Translations under genes and position numbers: made by a program
Notes under the pieces: generated by a model
What the model saw: the letters and a program-made list of their open reading frames with translations, nothing else
Databases searched by the model: none
What the model was told of the DNA's origin: nothing
Assembly (NCBI GenBank): GCA_019347895.1
Contig: JAHWKM010000005.1
Location: forward strand, 1-60,485
DNA from: Candidatus Parcubacteria bacterium
Lineage (GTDB): Bacteria > Patescibacteriota > Saccharimonadia > Saccharimonadales > 2-12-FULL-41-12
Length of the DNA: 60,485 nt
Direction of reading: 5' to 3'
Shown here: positions 10,105 to 20,508 of the stretch, in pieces
How the letters are laid out: every line of letters begins with the position of its first letter
How positions within the stretch are numbered: position 1 is the first letter of the stretch

Positions 10105-10587
10105 TTAGTATTTGTACAGATATACGCCGTGCAGTTCTTTTATGTGTTTTTTGGCCGTAATTTTAAAGGAGTTGCTGACGACAAGTATTGGCTTTTTATA
10201 GCGAGTTCGAATTTTTTTATCGAGTTTGTTCATATATCTATCTAACAAGAAAATATAAATAGCGTCGCATTCCGGCCAATTCTTGGTCCAAAAATTACCC
10301 CAGATGATTTTTACCTGGCTCCTATATTTTCGCGTTTGATAAATCGATATTAAAACCAGCAGCGGATTCAGTTCATAGCCGACCACGTATAGGCCCCTCT
10401 GGGCAGCGCTAACCATAACCCGCCCGTCGCCGCTGCCAAGTTCCAGCAGTGTTTGGCCGGGCTTCAGCTCTAAAAGATCTAGGGCGTTTTTTTTAGTGTT
10501 GGCCAGCGTGGGCAAATAAGGCGCGCCGAAAAAAACCACCATGCCGAATGTTAGGATTATTGCAAAAATTGCATATAAGAATAGCAT
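10105..10587 (-). CDS. Class I SAM-dependent methyltransferase, N-terminal TM
   Basis: GAPYLPT, LLELGSGDGR, GYELNP. Confidence 0.85.
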   Translation of the reverse strand: MLFLYAIFAIILTFGMVVFFGAPYLPTLANTKKNALDLLELKPGQTLLELGSGDGRVMVSAAQRGLYVVGYELNPLLVLISIYQTRKYRSQVKIIWGNFWTKNWPECDAIYIFLLDRYMNKLDKKIRTRYKKPILVVSNSFKITAKKHIKELHGVYLYKY

Positions 10588-10596
10588 TTTTTAGGG

Positions 10597-10782
10597 TTAG
10601 CTTCTTGTTATTTTCTTGATTTTGGCTTCGGATTTTTTTAAATAAACGTCCATCTCGGCTATTACCTTTTGGCTTTTTTCGTATAATTTTATAGCTTCGT
10701 CCACGTCTAACGACTCGTCTTCCAGCTTGGCTATTAGCTTGTCCAGCTCTGTCTTTAGGTTGGTGTATTCATTTGAGCTCAT
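10597..10782 (-). CDS. xseB: Exodeoxyribonuclease VII small subunit
   Basis: ELDKLIAKLE..LDVDEAIKLYEK; follows xseA. Confidence 0.88.
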   Translation of the reverse strand: MSSNEYTNLKTELDKLIAKLEDESLDVDEAIKLYEKSQKVIAEMDVYLKKSEAKIKKITRS

Positions 10783-11890
10783 TTATTTTCACAACCTCGC
10801 TAGTTAACTCGCCGTCGATTAATTCTATGGATATATGTTCTTTAATTTTAACATCCTTTGTCCCCCGTACCTGTTTTTGGCGGCTATTCCTAATTAGCGC
10901 GTAGCCTTTATCCAGCGGCAATTTTGGATTCAAAGCGTTAATCAAACTGGCTTTTTGGTCTAAATTTATCCGTTCTTGTTCAACTTTTGTGTTCAATTTC
11001 TGGTATAAATATTCAACTATACGAAGATTGTCTTGTCTATTCTCTTCAATAATATGGCGGACATTTCTCTGTAGATTTTTTTTGTTTTGTTCAAAAGCTG
11101 ACTTCTCATGCCGGCCGTCGGGCACCAGAAGCTCCGCGGCGTTGCTGGGCGTACTGGCACGCTGGTCAGAGGCTAGCTCAGCTAGGCTTATGTTTCTTTC
11201 ATGGCCAATAGCTATCAGTGTAGGCACCCGGCTGGACGAAATGGCGCGTACAACCCGCTCATCCGAAAATGCCGCCAAGTCGTCTTCGCTTCCGCCGCCG
11301 CGTATCAGCACCAAAGCTTCCGGCGGATCAGCCATCTGACTGACAAAATTAACGGCTCTAATGATCTGTTCCGGCGCGCTGGCGCCTTGTACCAGGCAAT
11401 CCAACACTTCTATTGTTAGGTTGCCCCAGCGTGCATTAATAATCTTTATAAAATCACTATAGGCAGCTGAATCAAAAGAAGTAATCAAGGCAATTCTGCC
11501 AGGGGGGTAAGGCAAAGGGCGCTTGCGGTCTTGGCTAAAAAGACCTTCTGCTTCCAGCTTCTTAGCTAAAAGTGATTTAGCCTTGGCGATCGAACCTTCC
11601 CCGGTGACCTTGATGCTTCTCGCATTTACAGAAAAACCGTATATATTATGCAGCCAGGGTGATCCGTTAACCTCTAGGTTCATCCCGTCCTCCAGCGGAC
11701 CGGGCAAGACTGTAACAGGACCAAAAAATTTCAGCGAAGACTTTTCATCCTTAAGGTCAAAATAAACCCAAGCGTTTTTGCTGATTCTCAGATTTGCCAG
11801 CTCGCCGCGCACATTAACATCTGGCAGAATCATCTGCATGGATTGGTTAAATACAGCTACGAACTCACTGACCGATAGAGTTGGCGTCAT
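10769..11890 (-). CDS. xseA: Exodeoxyribonuclease VII large subunit
   Basis: VYFDLKD, IRGGGSEDDLAAF, AIGHE, STPSNAAE. Confidence 0.95.
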   Translation of the reverse strand: MTPTLSVSEFVAVFNQSMQMILPDVNVRGELANLRISKNAWVYFDLKDEKSSLKFFGPVTVLPGPLEDGMNLEVNGSPWLHNIYGFSVNARSIKVTGEGSIAKAKSLLAKKLEAEGLFSQDRKRPLPYPPGRIALITSFDSAAYSDFIKIINARWGNLTIEVLDCLVQGASAPEQIIRAVNFVSQMADPPEALVLIRGGGSEDDLAAFSDERVVRAISSSRVPTLIAIGHERNISLAELASDQRASTPSNAAELLVPDGRHEKSAFEQNKKNLQRNVRHIIEENRQDNLRIVEYLYQKLNTKVEQERINLDQKASLINALNPKLPLDKGYALIRNSRQKQVRGTKDVKIKEHISIELIDGELTSEVVKINELK

Positions 11891-12951
11891 GTTTTGCCCA
11901 AATCGCCCATATTCTTGCCGATCCCGCCCGCACTATTGATGGTTTTATGGTAAAAGTAATAACCTATCGGCAGCTGCAGCGACATTGTCAGCATTCTATA
12001 CATAATAACCGCGGGGATGCTTACGGCCGGAGACACTCCGCCGGTTGCCAAAACCGCAACCATCAAGGCCTCATAAATACCAACTCCGCCCGGTAATACG
12101 GAGATTAAGCCGGCGAAGTTAGCTATGGCGTAGGCAATTATCACGGCACCGGGGTTGACTGCCTCGCCAAAAGCCAAAAATACACTATAAAGCGCGGCAA
12201 TCTCCCCGAAGTTTGCCAGGCTAATGTAGAGTATCGGTTTTTTTAATTTTTTCAGATCTTTTTTAATTTCTAAATAATTATCATGCAGTTCGTAAAACAT
12301 TTTTCTGGCGGCAGCTATATTGATCGTTTCGGGACTCGCCGGTCTTACGAAATGAATCAAACGGTTAACTAACTTGGTTAGAAAGGTGAAGAAGCCGCTT
12401 ATCCGTTCACGGCTGCTAATGATGTATGCCAGCAGCACCGTACCGACAACCAGTAATGTAGTTAGCGAGCTAGCCACCAATATGGTCAGGTTGCCCGCCT
12501 TGCCCGCGGCGGCTAAAACAAACAGCCCGAAGAAAATAAAAATCTGGAATGATACAAACGTATTGATAAACCGCATGGCTTGAACCAGCGTAGATCTCCC
12601 GGCGCTTATGCCGAACTCGTGCATCTTTAGGCTAAAGTAGGAAAAACCGGTAACTCCTCCGCTGGGAAAAACATTGTTCACAAAATTAAGTTCCAGCGTA
12701 ATTTTGTACATCGTCCAATACTCTATCTTTTTGCCCAGTATCTTAAACATGTCTATATACATCTTTGTATAGCCATGGAAAACCAAAAATTTCCAGAGAA
12801 GAATAAGCACCAGAAAGCTAGCTTGAACCCGGCCGAGATTAGATAGAGTTTCGCCTATTTGTTGCCGGGAAACATAAATAAGCACCCCCAAAGCCAGCAA
12901 GGTTATAATTGTAATAATTTTTTTCCATTTGCCGCCTAGCTTTTCTGCCAT
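11887..12951 (-). CDS. Lysylphosphatidylglycerol synthase TM / flippase-like (UPF0104) membrane protein
   Basis: NNVFPSGG, LPGGVGIYE, YRMLT; start set at MAEKL (12978 also possible). Confidence 0.8.
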   Translation of the reverse strand: MAEKLGGKWKKIITIITLLALGVLIYVSRQQIGETLSNLGRVQASFLVLILLWKFLVFHGYTKMYIDMFKILGKKIEYWTMYKITLELNFVNNVFPSGGVTGFSYFSLKMHEFGISAGRSTLVQAMRFINTFVSFQIFIFFGLFVLAAAGKAGNLTILVASSLTTLLVVGTVLLAYIISSRERISGFFTFLTKLVNRLIHFVRPASPETINIAAARKMFYELHDNYLEIKKDLKKLKKPILYISLANFGEIAALYSVFLAFGEAVNPGAVIIAYAIANFAGLISVLPGGVGIYEALMVAVLATGGVSPAVSIPAVIMYRMLTMSLQLPIGYYFYHKTINSAGGIGKNMGDLGKT

Positions 12952-13030
12952 CAGGTACTTAGTATAACTTAAGTTCATTGCCCGAAAAATGATTCGGGAA
13001 TTCCCGGGCAGCTATGATAATATTGCTTAA

Positions 13031-14224
13031 ATGCTAAAAACTACACGAAAACTTATCAAAAAAACAGCGGCCAATCTCAACATTTCTGACGATGTTCTCA
13101 CCCGACTGCTTAAGGTTGATAAAATTCATGAATTCGAGATCCAGCTCAAAAGTGGCAAAAAATTTAAGGCTTACCGTTCGCAGCACAATAATCGGCTTGG
13201 TCCCTATAAAGGCGGCATCCGTTTTCATCCGGAAGTAACCGCCGAAGAAGTCGAAGCCTTGTCTATACTTATGAGTTTTAAATGTGCGGCGGTTGGTTTG
13301 CCTCTGGGCGGCGGCAAAGGAGGTATTAGCGTAAACCCGAAAGAACTTAATATTGACGAAATCGAAGAACTTAGCCGGGCTTACGTAAAACACTTGCATC
13401 CGCACATAGGCCCCGATAAGGACGTGCCGGCGCCCGACGTTAATACAAATAGCCAAATAATAGACTGGATGGTCGACGAATATTCCCGTCAGACAAACCT
13501 GGAAACTGTCGCCAGCTTTACGGGGAAGAGCTTGCTCAAAGGCGGCAGCCACGGGCGCGAAGCAGCCACGGGCTACGGCGGCGTCATCGCCCTCAATCGC
13601 TACCTTGAGCTGAAAAACGAGCAAAATAAGGAGATTTCTATAGCTATCCAGGGTTTTGGCAAAGTCGGGAAATTCTTTGCCCGAAGAAGCCGGCCAAACT
13701 GGAAAATCACGGACGTTTCCGACAGCAGCGCCAGCCTCCAAAACTCTCAGGGCCTGGATATAGACGAATTGATAAAATTTAAAAACGACGGAAAATCATT
13801 TAAAGATTTTTCTTCGGCCACCGCGACGGTATTAAAGAGCAATCAAATTATAAGCGCGGATACAGACGTACTTGTCCCCGCTGCGCTTGGCAACGCAATA
13901 ACGCAGAATAATGCCGGCTTAATTAAAGCTAAAATAATTGTGGAGCTGGCTAACGGGCCGGTGACTGAACCAGCCTTCCGTATTTTGGATAAAAAAGGCG
14001 TAACGGTCTTGCCTGATATTATCGCTAACGCCGGCGGCGTAATCGTAAGCTACCTGGAGTGGCAGCAAAACCTAAACCATGAAAAGTGGCCGGTAGAAAA
14101 GGTTGAAAGCCGGTTAAAAATGTATATAGAAAAAGCCATAGAGACAGTTTATTCAGTATCTAAGTCAGACAAGGTGTCCATCAAAGAAGCCGCTCTGCGG
14201 GTAGCTATAAAAAGACTAATATAA
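13031..14224 (+). CDS. gdhA: Glu/Leu/Phe/Val dehydrogenase (glutamate dehydrogenase)
   Basis: GPYKGGIRFHP, GGGKGG, DVPAPDVNT, IQGFGKVG, ELANGP, ANAGGVIVSY. Confidence 0.9.
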   Translation: MLKTTRKLIKKTAANLNISDDVLTRLLKVDKIHEFEIQLKSGKKFKAYRSQHNNRLGPYKGGIRFHPEVTAEEVEALSILMSFKCAAVGLPLGGGKGGISVNPKELNIDEIEELSRAYVKHLHPHIGPDKDVPAPDVNTNSQIIDWMVDEYSRQTNLETVASFTGKSLLKGGSHGREAATGYGGVIALNRYLELKNEQNKEISIAIQGFGKVGKFFARRSRPNWKITDVSDSSASLQNSQGLDIDELIKFKNDGKSFKDFSSATATVLKSNQIISADTDVLVPAALGNAITQNNAGLIKAKIIVELANGPVTEPAFRILDKKGVTVLPDIIANAGGVIVSYLEWQQNLNHEKWPVEKVESRLKMYIEKAIETVYSVSKSDKVSIKEAALRVAIKRLI

Positions 14225-14950
14225 TTAAACAGATACGTTAAATAGCCGGCCAATGAAATAAGTAGCCGTCATGGCCAGAATTCCGCCTGCTACAACTCTA
14301 GCTATAGCTTTTCGGGCTTTTGCTCCGCCCACTCTGGCGCTTAAAAACCCGGTGATCGATAAGGCCAAAACAACCGATACAAAAGTCACCCATATTTTTT
14401 GCGGCTGCGGCGGCAGCAGTACCGCCACCAGCGGAATAAGCGCTCCGCAGACAAAAGCGGCGGCTGAAGCAAAAGCCGCGTGCCAAGGGTTAGTTAAATC
14501 GTCGGGATCAATCTTGAGCTCCGCTTCGACATGAGCCCGGAAGGGATCGCGGGCTGATAATTCCTTAGCGACGTTCATCGCGGTTTTTTCACTCAAGCCC
14601 TTTCGTACGTATATTGCTGTCAATTCCTTTAATTCTTCCCTCGGGAAGTTTTTCAACTCGTAGGCTTCTTTGGCAAGCAAGGCTTTTTCACTGTCGCGCT
14701 GCGAACTAACAGATACGTATTCTCCGGCTGCCATCGAAAGCGCTCCTGCCACAATACCGGCCAGACCAGCGGCTAGAACTATGCTCGCGTTGCTTGTAGC
14801 GGTGGCGACACCTACTACCAGTCCGGCAATTGATACAATTCCATCATTGGCGCCAAGCACGGCCGCCCTCAGCCAATTTAACTTTGAAGCTTTATGATTC
14901 TTATGAAATTGCGGATGCCTGCCGGAATGTTTGTAGCTTTTATTTCTCAC
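14225..14950 (-). CDS. VIT1/CCC1 family Fe/Mn transporter
   Basis: LRAAVLGANDGIVS, GALSMAAGEYVSVSSQRD. Confidence 0.93.
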   Translation of the reverse strand: MRNKSYKHSGRHPQFHKNHKASKLNWLRAAVLGANDGIVSIAGLVVGVATATSNASIVLAAGLAGIVAGALSMAAGEYVSVSSQRDSEKALLAKEAYELKNFPREELKELTAIYVRKGLSEKTAMNVAKELSARDPFRAHVEAELKIDPDDLTNPWHAAFASAAAFVCGALIPLVAVLLPPQPQKIWVTFVSVVLALSITGFLSARVGGAKARKAIARVVAGGILAMTATYFIGRLFNVSV

Positions 14951-14990
14951 ATTCTTTATTTTACAATTTTTACTCGGTTATACTAAGTTA

Positions 14991-16238
14991 ATGCAGACAA
15001 TTATTATTCACGGTCGCCAGCCGGGACTTGGCAGAGCCGAGCTGGAAAGTTTATATGGCCCTGAAGTATCGCGCCCGGCAGGCAATATCGCCACTCTTAT
15101 AGATAAAAACCCGTCCGAGATCAATTTTATGCGCCTGGGCGGAATGGTTAAATTCGCTAAAATCCTAACGGTTTTAGATACTACCGACTGGAGAGAAATC
15201 GAAGTGTTTTTATTGGAGGCAACCCCGCAGCATTTTTCAACTTTGCCTGAAGGCAAACTTAAAATAGGTCTGAGCGCATACGATATAAAGACCAGTCCAA
15301 AAAGCCTGCATATAACCGCCCTCAAGCTTAAAAAAGCCGCCAAAGCTACTGGCCGTTCCGTTAGAATAATTTCCAATAAAGAATTAGCATTGAACAGCGC
15401 TACGGTGCTTTATAATAAATTAACTCAAAAACTAGGCTGGGAAATAATATTTGTGCGCGATGGGAACCAAACCATAGTCGCCCAATCAATAGCGGTCCAA
15501 GATATAAACAGCTACGCTCGGCGCGACCAAGAGCGCCCATACCGCGACGCTCGCGTGGGCATGCTGCCGCCTAAATTAGCGCAGATCATCATTAATTTGG
15601 CAGTTGGCCGAATTAGTAGATCGAAGGCAGTAGATAGTACGATTCTAGACCCCTTTTGCGGTACGGGTGTTGTTTTGCAGGAAGCAATTTTGATGGGCTA
15701 CCAAGCTTACGGAACAGATCTTGAGCAAAGGATGGTTGATTATTCTGAAGGGAACTTAAAATGGCTTACTGGTCTCCACGGATTACCGCCGGCTTGCCCT
15801 GACGGCTTGCCAATGACGGAATCAAACAGCCGGCCTGCCACCTATAAGCTGGAGATTGCTGATGCGACTAGCCATACTTGGGAGCCAAAGCCCGGTTATA
15901 TTGCCGGCGAAACTTATTTAGGCCGGGCATTGTCTTCTCTGCCACAGCGCCAAACTCTACAAAAAATTATTTCAGACGTCAATACAATCCACCTAAAATT
16001 TTTGAAAAACGTAGCTAGTCAGACCGAGCCCGGCTTCCGGCTATGCCTGGCCGTACCAGTCTGGGCCGCTTTGGCAAATTCCAAAGCCAAAGGCTTTATC
16101 CGTCTTCCGACCCTTGATAAATTAAACGATTTGGGTTACAATCGTATTAAATTCGCGCACGCAAGCCAAGATGAATTAATTTACCATCGTCCTGGCCAAA
16201 TAGTCGGCAGAGAGCTGGTAGTACTCGAAAGGAAGTAA
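14991..16238 (+). CDS. TRM11-like RNA methyltransferase
   Basis: RDARVGMLPPKLAQIIINL, LDPFCGTGVVLQEA, ETYLG. Confidence 0.75.
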   Translation: MQTIIIHGRQPGLGRAELESLYGPEVSRPAGNIATLIDKNPSEINFMRLGGMVKFAKILTVLDTTDWREIEVFLLEATPQHFSTLPEGKLKIGLSAYDIKTSPKSLHITALKLKKAAKATGRSVRIISNKELALNSATVLYNKLTQKLGWEIIFVRDGNQTIVAQSIAVQDINSYARRDQERPYRDARVGMLPPKLAQIIINLAVGRISRSKAVDSTILDPFCGTGVVLQEAILMGYQAYGTDLEQRMVDYSEGNLKWLTGLHGLPPACPDGLPMTESNSRPATYKLEIADATSHTWEPKPGYIAGETYLGRALSSLPQRQTLQKIISDVNTIHLKFLKNVASQTEPGFRLCLAVPVWAALANSKAKGFIRLPTLDKLNDLGYNRIKFAHASQDELIYHRPGQIVGRELVVLERK

Positions 16239-16241
16239 AAT

Positions 16242-16514
16242 ATGTCAAAGATTAAAGCAGGCGGCAGCAGTAAGAACAACCACGACAGTCCCGGCCAGAG
16301 GCTGGGTGTCAAGTTATCGGGCGGCCAGAAGGCCAAGGTCGGGCAAATTATCGTCCGGCAAATCGGTATGACCAAGCGTCCCGGCCCCGGTACCAAAATG
16401 AGCGTAAACTTCACAATTCACGCCGCAAAAGACGGCGTAGTGGCTTTTAAAACCCGCAGAGTGCGTACCTTCACCGGCCGCACCGTCCCCCGCACCGAAG
16501 TCTCAGTAGTATAA
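16242..16514 (+). CDS. rpmA: 50S ribosomal protein L27
   Basis: KAGGSSKN..DSPGQRLGVK, GQIIVRQ. Confidence 0.95.
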   Translation: MSKIKAGGSSKNNHDSPGQRLGVKLSGGQKAKVGQIIVRQIGMTKRPGPGTKMSVNFTIHAAKDGVVAFKTRRVRTFTGRTVPRTEVSVV

Positions 16515-16527
16515 CGCGCTGGCAGCC

Positions 16528-16908
16528 CTATAGGCCAAGGTGGAATTTGATACGGTCTACTACGTCGGCTATTACTACTTGAGATTTTATTAGATAGTCA
16601 TCAGCGCCGAGTGCTTTGGCACGTTCTTTGTCGCTGTCTTGGCTTAATGCGGTTAGCATAATAATCTTAATTTCTTTAGTCTCTTCGGTGTTACGCAGTA
16701 TGTCTAAAACATCAAAACCGCTGACTTTCGGCATCATAACGTCTAATAAAATTAGGTCCGGTTTGATCTGTATAGCTGTAGCCAATGCGTCTTCGCCGTT
16801 AGATACCCGCCTGGTAGTAAAACCTTCGGCCTGCAAGCGCGTTTCATAGACGCTAGCTAACCTGTCGTCGTCTTCTACCAATAAAATTGTTTTTTTATTT
16901 TCTTCCAT
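16528..16908 (-). CDS. Single-domain response regulator (canonical)
   Basis: LLVEDD, LLDVMMP, MLTA, YLIK all intact. Confidence 0.92.
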   Translation of the reverse strand: MEENKKTILLVEDDDRLASVYETRLQAEGFTTRRVSNGEDALATAIQIKPDLILLDVMMPKVSGFDVLDILRNTEETKEIKIIMLTALSQDSDKERAKALGADDYLIKSQVVIADVVDRIKFHLGL

Positions 16909-16949
16909 TAATATAATGCTAAATTAATCCGCTTGAATTTACAAGTAGA

Positions 16950-18548
16950 TTAGATACCTCTATTTTTAATAATAGCCTCTATAAAGCCTTTGAACATAGG
17001 ATGAGGGTGGTTTGGGCGGGAGTTAAACTCCGGATGAAACTGGCTGGCTACAAAATACGGATGATCAATACCTTCTATCATTTCCACTAAGAGCTCGTCA
17101 GGGCTGGCGCCTGCTATCTTAATGCCCCACTCCTGGTATTTGTCCCGAAATGCGTTATTACACTCATATCGATGGCGGTGCCTTTCCCGTATTTCCTTTT
17201 TTCCATATATGCTTCTGGCTATAGTGCCGCTGGCAAGTACACAGGGATAATCGCCGAGACGCATAGTACCGCCGGTTTCTTCCTTGCCTAGCTGGTCCGC
17301 CATTGTATCAATAACCATATGCCGGCTGTTGGGATCGAATTCTCGGGAATTCGCGTCTGCTACACCGGCGTTGCGTGCGGCAGCGATGACGCCAACCTGA
17401 AGTCCTAAACATAGGCCAAGGTAAGGTTTTTTATTCTTGAGTGCGTACTGGGCGGCGGCAATTTTACCTTCAATTGCCCGGCTGCCGAAGCCGCCGGGTA
17501 CTAAGATGCCGTCGTAGTTCGACAGTTCTTTGATGGACTGCGTATCTTCAGCATTTACCCAGCGGATATCCAGGCCGACGCCGGCAGCCCAGGCCGCCGC
17601 TTTCAACGCCTCGAATACCGAGATGTAAGTATCTTGGTTGTCTAAATACTTAGCAACCACGCCGACACTTACTCTCTTTTTTGGTTTATTAAGCGCGCTG
17701 GCTACCATTTTGGACCAGTCATTTAATTTGGGTTTCTTAGCGTTTAGGTCCAGCCTTTTAGATAAAAACTTGCCGATACCGTTTTCTTCCAGCGTCAGCG
17801 GGACTTCGTAGATGGTTTCGGCGTTTGGCAGCAATACCAAGGCTTCTCTGCTTACGCCCGCGTAGGAACTGAGCTTTTGCAAAGTCTCCTCGCCCGGCTG
17901 CCCCTCGCTTCGGGCCACCAATACATCCGGTACTATCCCGGCGGAGCGCAAATCCCGAACCGCGTTTTGGGCAGGCTTGGTTTTATACTCTTGGCTCGTA
18001 CCTAAAAATGGCAAATAAACCACATGCACATAAATATAGTTTTCCCGGCCCAGCGTAAGACCCATTTCTCGAATAGCCTCTATAAATGCCGGGCTTTCAT
18101 AGTCGCCGACAGTCCCGCCTATCTCTACGATATGTACGTCGAAGCCTTTTCCGGCTGCGGCAATTTCTTTTTGTATAGCGTTAGTCAAATGCGGAATGAC
18201 TTGCACTGTTTTGCCGATAAATTTACCGGCCCGCTCATCTTGAATCAGCTTCAACAGCAACCGGCCGCTCATCAAGCTGCTTTTTTGGGTCAGCTGAACA
18301 TTGATGAACCGTTCATAATGGCCTAAGTCCAGATCAGTTTCCGCCCCGTCTATGGTAACGAAACATTCGCCATGCTCAGCCGGATTTAGGGTACCGGCGT
18401 CAACATTAAAATAAGGATCGCATTTTTGTATATTGACCCGCAGACCGCGGGCTTTTAAGATGTTACCGATCGAGGCGCTGGTGATACCCTTGCCGATTCC
18501 CGACAAGACGCCACCTGTCACAAAAATATATTTTGTTTGCTTTGCCAA
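16950..18548 (-). CDS. pyrG: CTP synthase
   Basis: KYIFVTGGVLSGIGKG, DLDLGHYERF, GLCLG, QFHPEF; TTG start at 18548 after agagg. Confidence 0.97.
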   Translation of the reverse strand: MAKQTKYIFVTGGVLSGIGKGITSASIGNILKARGLRVNIQKCDPYFNVDAGTLNPAEHGECFVTIDGAETDLDLGHYERFINVQLTQKSSLMSGRLLLKLIQDERAGKFIGKTVQVIPHLTNAIQKEIAAAGKGFDVHIVEIGGTVGDYESPAFIEAIREMGLTLGRENYIYVHVVYLPFLGTSQEYKTKPAQNAVRDLRSAGIVPDVLVARSEGQPGEETLQKLSSYAGVSREALVLLPNAETIYEVPLTLEENGIGKFLSKRLDLNAKKPKLNDWSKMVASALNKPKKRVSVGVVAKYLDNQDTYISVFEALKAAAWAAGVGLDIRWVNAEDTQSIKELSNYDGILVPGGFGSRAIEGKIAAAQYALKNKKPYLGLCLGLQVGVIAAARNAGVADANSREFDPNSRHMVIDTMADQLGKEETGGTMRLGDYPCVLASGTIARSIYGKKEIRERHRHRYECNNAFRDKYQEWGIKIAGASPDELLVEMIEGIDHPYFVASQFHPEFNSRPNHPHPMFKGFIEAIIKNRGI

Positions 18549-18639
18549 ACCTCTATTAACCCTTCTGTTAAAAATAAATATTACCTCAGATAACACTCTT
18601 TAGCAAGCCTCGGTTGATCTTTAATTGTATATAAAAGAC

Positions 18640-19200
18640 ATTTCGCACGCACTTCGTGCTTACAGCGAGATACTTTTCCCTGCAGCAGCAAAAGTATGCA
18701 AAAGTGCTGCAGCAGGTTACCAAACACGACTGGTTTGAGATACCAGGCTGGTTGGTTAGGCAAAAAACGTCCCTTCGGGGCCGGTCTTCGAATTTATTAT
18801 TAATATAAGATGATTCTCAGACTAGCTTTTGCCTAAGCCATTCCAACCAGCGCAGGTTCAAACCAATCGGTTTGGCAAGTGCTGGTTAAAAGCAGATGAG
18901 AAAACAAGTTTTTCTCAAATAATAAATAATGGCAATTCCATTTTTTGGGTTTGGGCATTATGGAGCGCCCTGATTGGCGAATGTCAAAAACACAATTAGC
19001 AGCGAGGCAGTGTCTAAGCCCCGCCCTCTATTGAATTAATTAAGGTGGGGTGAGTTTGCCGAGCGTTGTGTTTTTTGACAATGAGATAGTCAAGGTGCGT
19101 AATACTGCCCAATCGGTTTGGAATACCTTTGCCGAAACAAAGGTATTGATTTGCTTCTTTATCCAAAGAAGTATGGCTTGGTTCTTCGCCAGAAGAACAT
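18640..19200. repeat. Family I nested-palindrome element, locus 2 (two inverted arms)
   Basis: Right arm 18951-19200 aligns with 9115-9360. Left arm has gatacttttccctgcagcagcaaaagtat, the reverse complement of the hairpin near 24310-24338. Confidence 0.85.
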
Positions 19201-19203
19201 AAT

Positions 19204-20418
19204 TTATTGTTTTAAAAATCGTATAGCGGCGTCACGCTGCGGATCTTTTTTGGCTTCCGCGTCTTTATCGGTTAACTCGACTTTTTTGTCCGGTTCAATG
19301 CCTTCCTTATCGATATTGCGGCCGTTTGGCGTGAACCAGCGGGCTATAGTAACCTTTAACAGGCCGCCGAAATCAAGCGGTTTTACTTCTTGCACGCTGC
19401 CCTTGCCGTAGCTTTGTTCGCCAAATAAGGTAGCCGCATTGTTGTCCTTTAAGGCTCCCCCCACAATCTCGCTGGCGCTGGCGCTGCCTTCGTTTATCAA
19501 TACTGCCGTTTTTATTCCTCCTAGCATTGGGGTGTTTTGTGAAGTATAGGTCTTTATAACTACCTCATCTCGCTTTTCTTGCAGGATTGTGGCACCTTTT
19601 GGCAGCCAAATCTCTGAAACCCCAACCGATGCTTCCAGCAGGCCGCCGGGGTTGCCGCGCAGGTCCAAAATCACCTTATTCACCTGTTTGGCCTTAAAGT
19701 CTCTGGCGGCTTCTTTTACCAACTGGACAGTATCCTCGCCGAACCTGGTAATTTTTATAACTCCGATGTTTGACTCGAGAGTTTCAATTTCCACGCTCGG
19801 TATGGATATCTGGGCGCGGCTTACTTCTATATCCAGTTTTTCGCCGTTTCGAATTATGCCCAGCTTTACCTTCGTGCCTTTCGGCCCCCGTATTTTCTTG
19901 ACCGCTTCGGTAATAGATAAGTCATAGGCACTTTCTCCGTCGATTTCAGCGACTATATCTTTGGCTTTTATGCCGGTCTTGGCCGCCGGGAACCCTTCAA
20001 TCGGAGCTACGATTACAATCGCCTGTTCTTCCTTGCCCAGCTCGGCCCCGATACCCTCAAATGAACCGCTTAAACCTTCCTCAAAATCTTTGCTCTCCTC
20101 AGCATTCAAATATTCCGTGTAAGGGTCGCCGGAAGCCTTAACCAGCCCTTCCTTGAGCCCGTTGATCAATTCATCCGGGTCCAAATTCCCATCAAAACTA
20201 GCCTTGAGTTCGTCATATACTTCTTCGACGCCTTGGTAATTGAGTTTATTAGGCAAACGGTTGTTTTGGGAGGCCTCGTTTCGTTCGGTAGGCAAATTAA
20301 AGCTTATGACTCTTTGTTGTCCTAAAATAACACCAAGCGAAAAAACCAAGGCTATTAAAATTGCGCCTTTGAAAAAGTTTTTAGGCAACTTAAGTCGTGG
20401 TTTATATTTATTTTTCAA
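19204..20418 (-). CDS. ctpA: S41 carboxyl-terminal processing protease
   Basis: GDPYT, FEGIGA, PDZ domain, LDLRGNPGG, SASASEI, GKGSVQ. Confidence 0.93.
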   Translation of the reverse strand: MKNKYKPRLKLPKNFFKGAILIALVFSLGVILGQQRVISFNLPTERNEASQNNRLPNKLNYQGVEEVYDELKASFDGNLDPDELINGLKEGLVKASGDPYTEYLNAEESKDFEEGLSGSFEGIGAELGKEEQAIVIVAPIEGFPAAKTGIKAKDIVAEIDGESAYDLSITEAVKKIRGPKGTKVKLGIIRNGEKLDIEVSRAQISIPSVEIETLESNIGVIKITRFGEDTVQLVKEAARDFKAKQVNKVILDLRGNPGGLLEASVGVSEIWLPKGATILQEKRDEVVIKTYTSQNTPMLGGIKTAVLINEGSASASEIVGGALKDNNAATLFGEQSYGKGSVQEVKPLDFGGLLKVTIARWFTPNGRNIDKEGIEPDKKVELTDKDAEAKKDPQRDAAIRFLKQ

Positions 20419-20508
20419 AAAACCCTTCCATATTCACTTATATATTAGCGTAAATCTAAAGAAAAATCTGCGGTTTTATTAAACTTTAGACTCTCTTTTG
20501 AATAGATT

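Noticed and set aside
13034-13741. Long antisense ORFs (e.g. 13034-13741, 27654-28325, 45567-46172, 46807-47340) and other short overlapping ORFs in the track
   Set aside because: They are shadows of well-supported genes on the opposite strand or frame, with no recognisable motifs.
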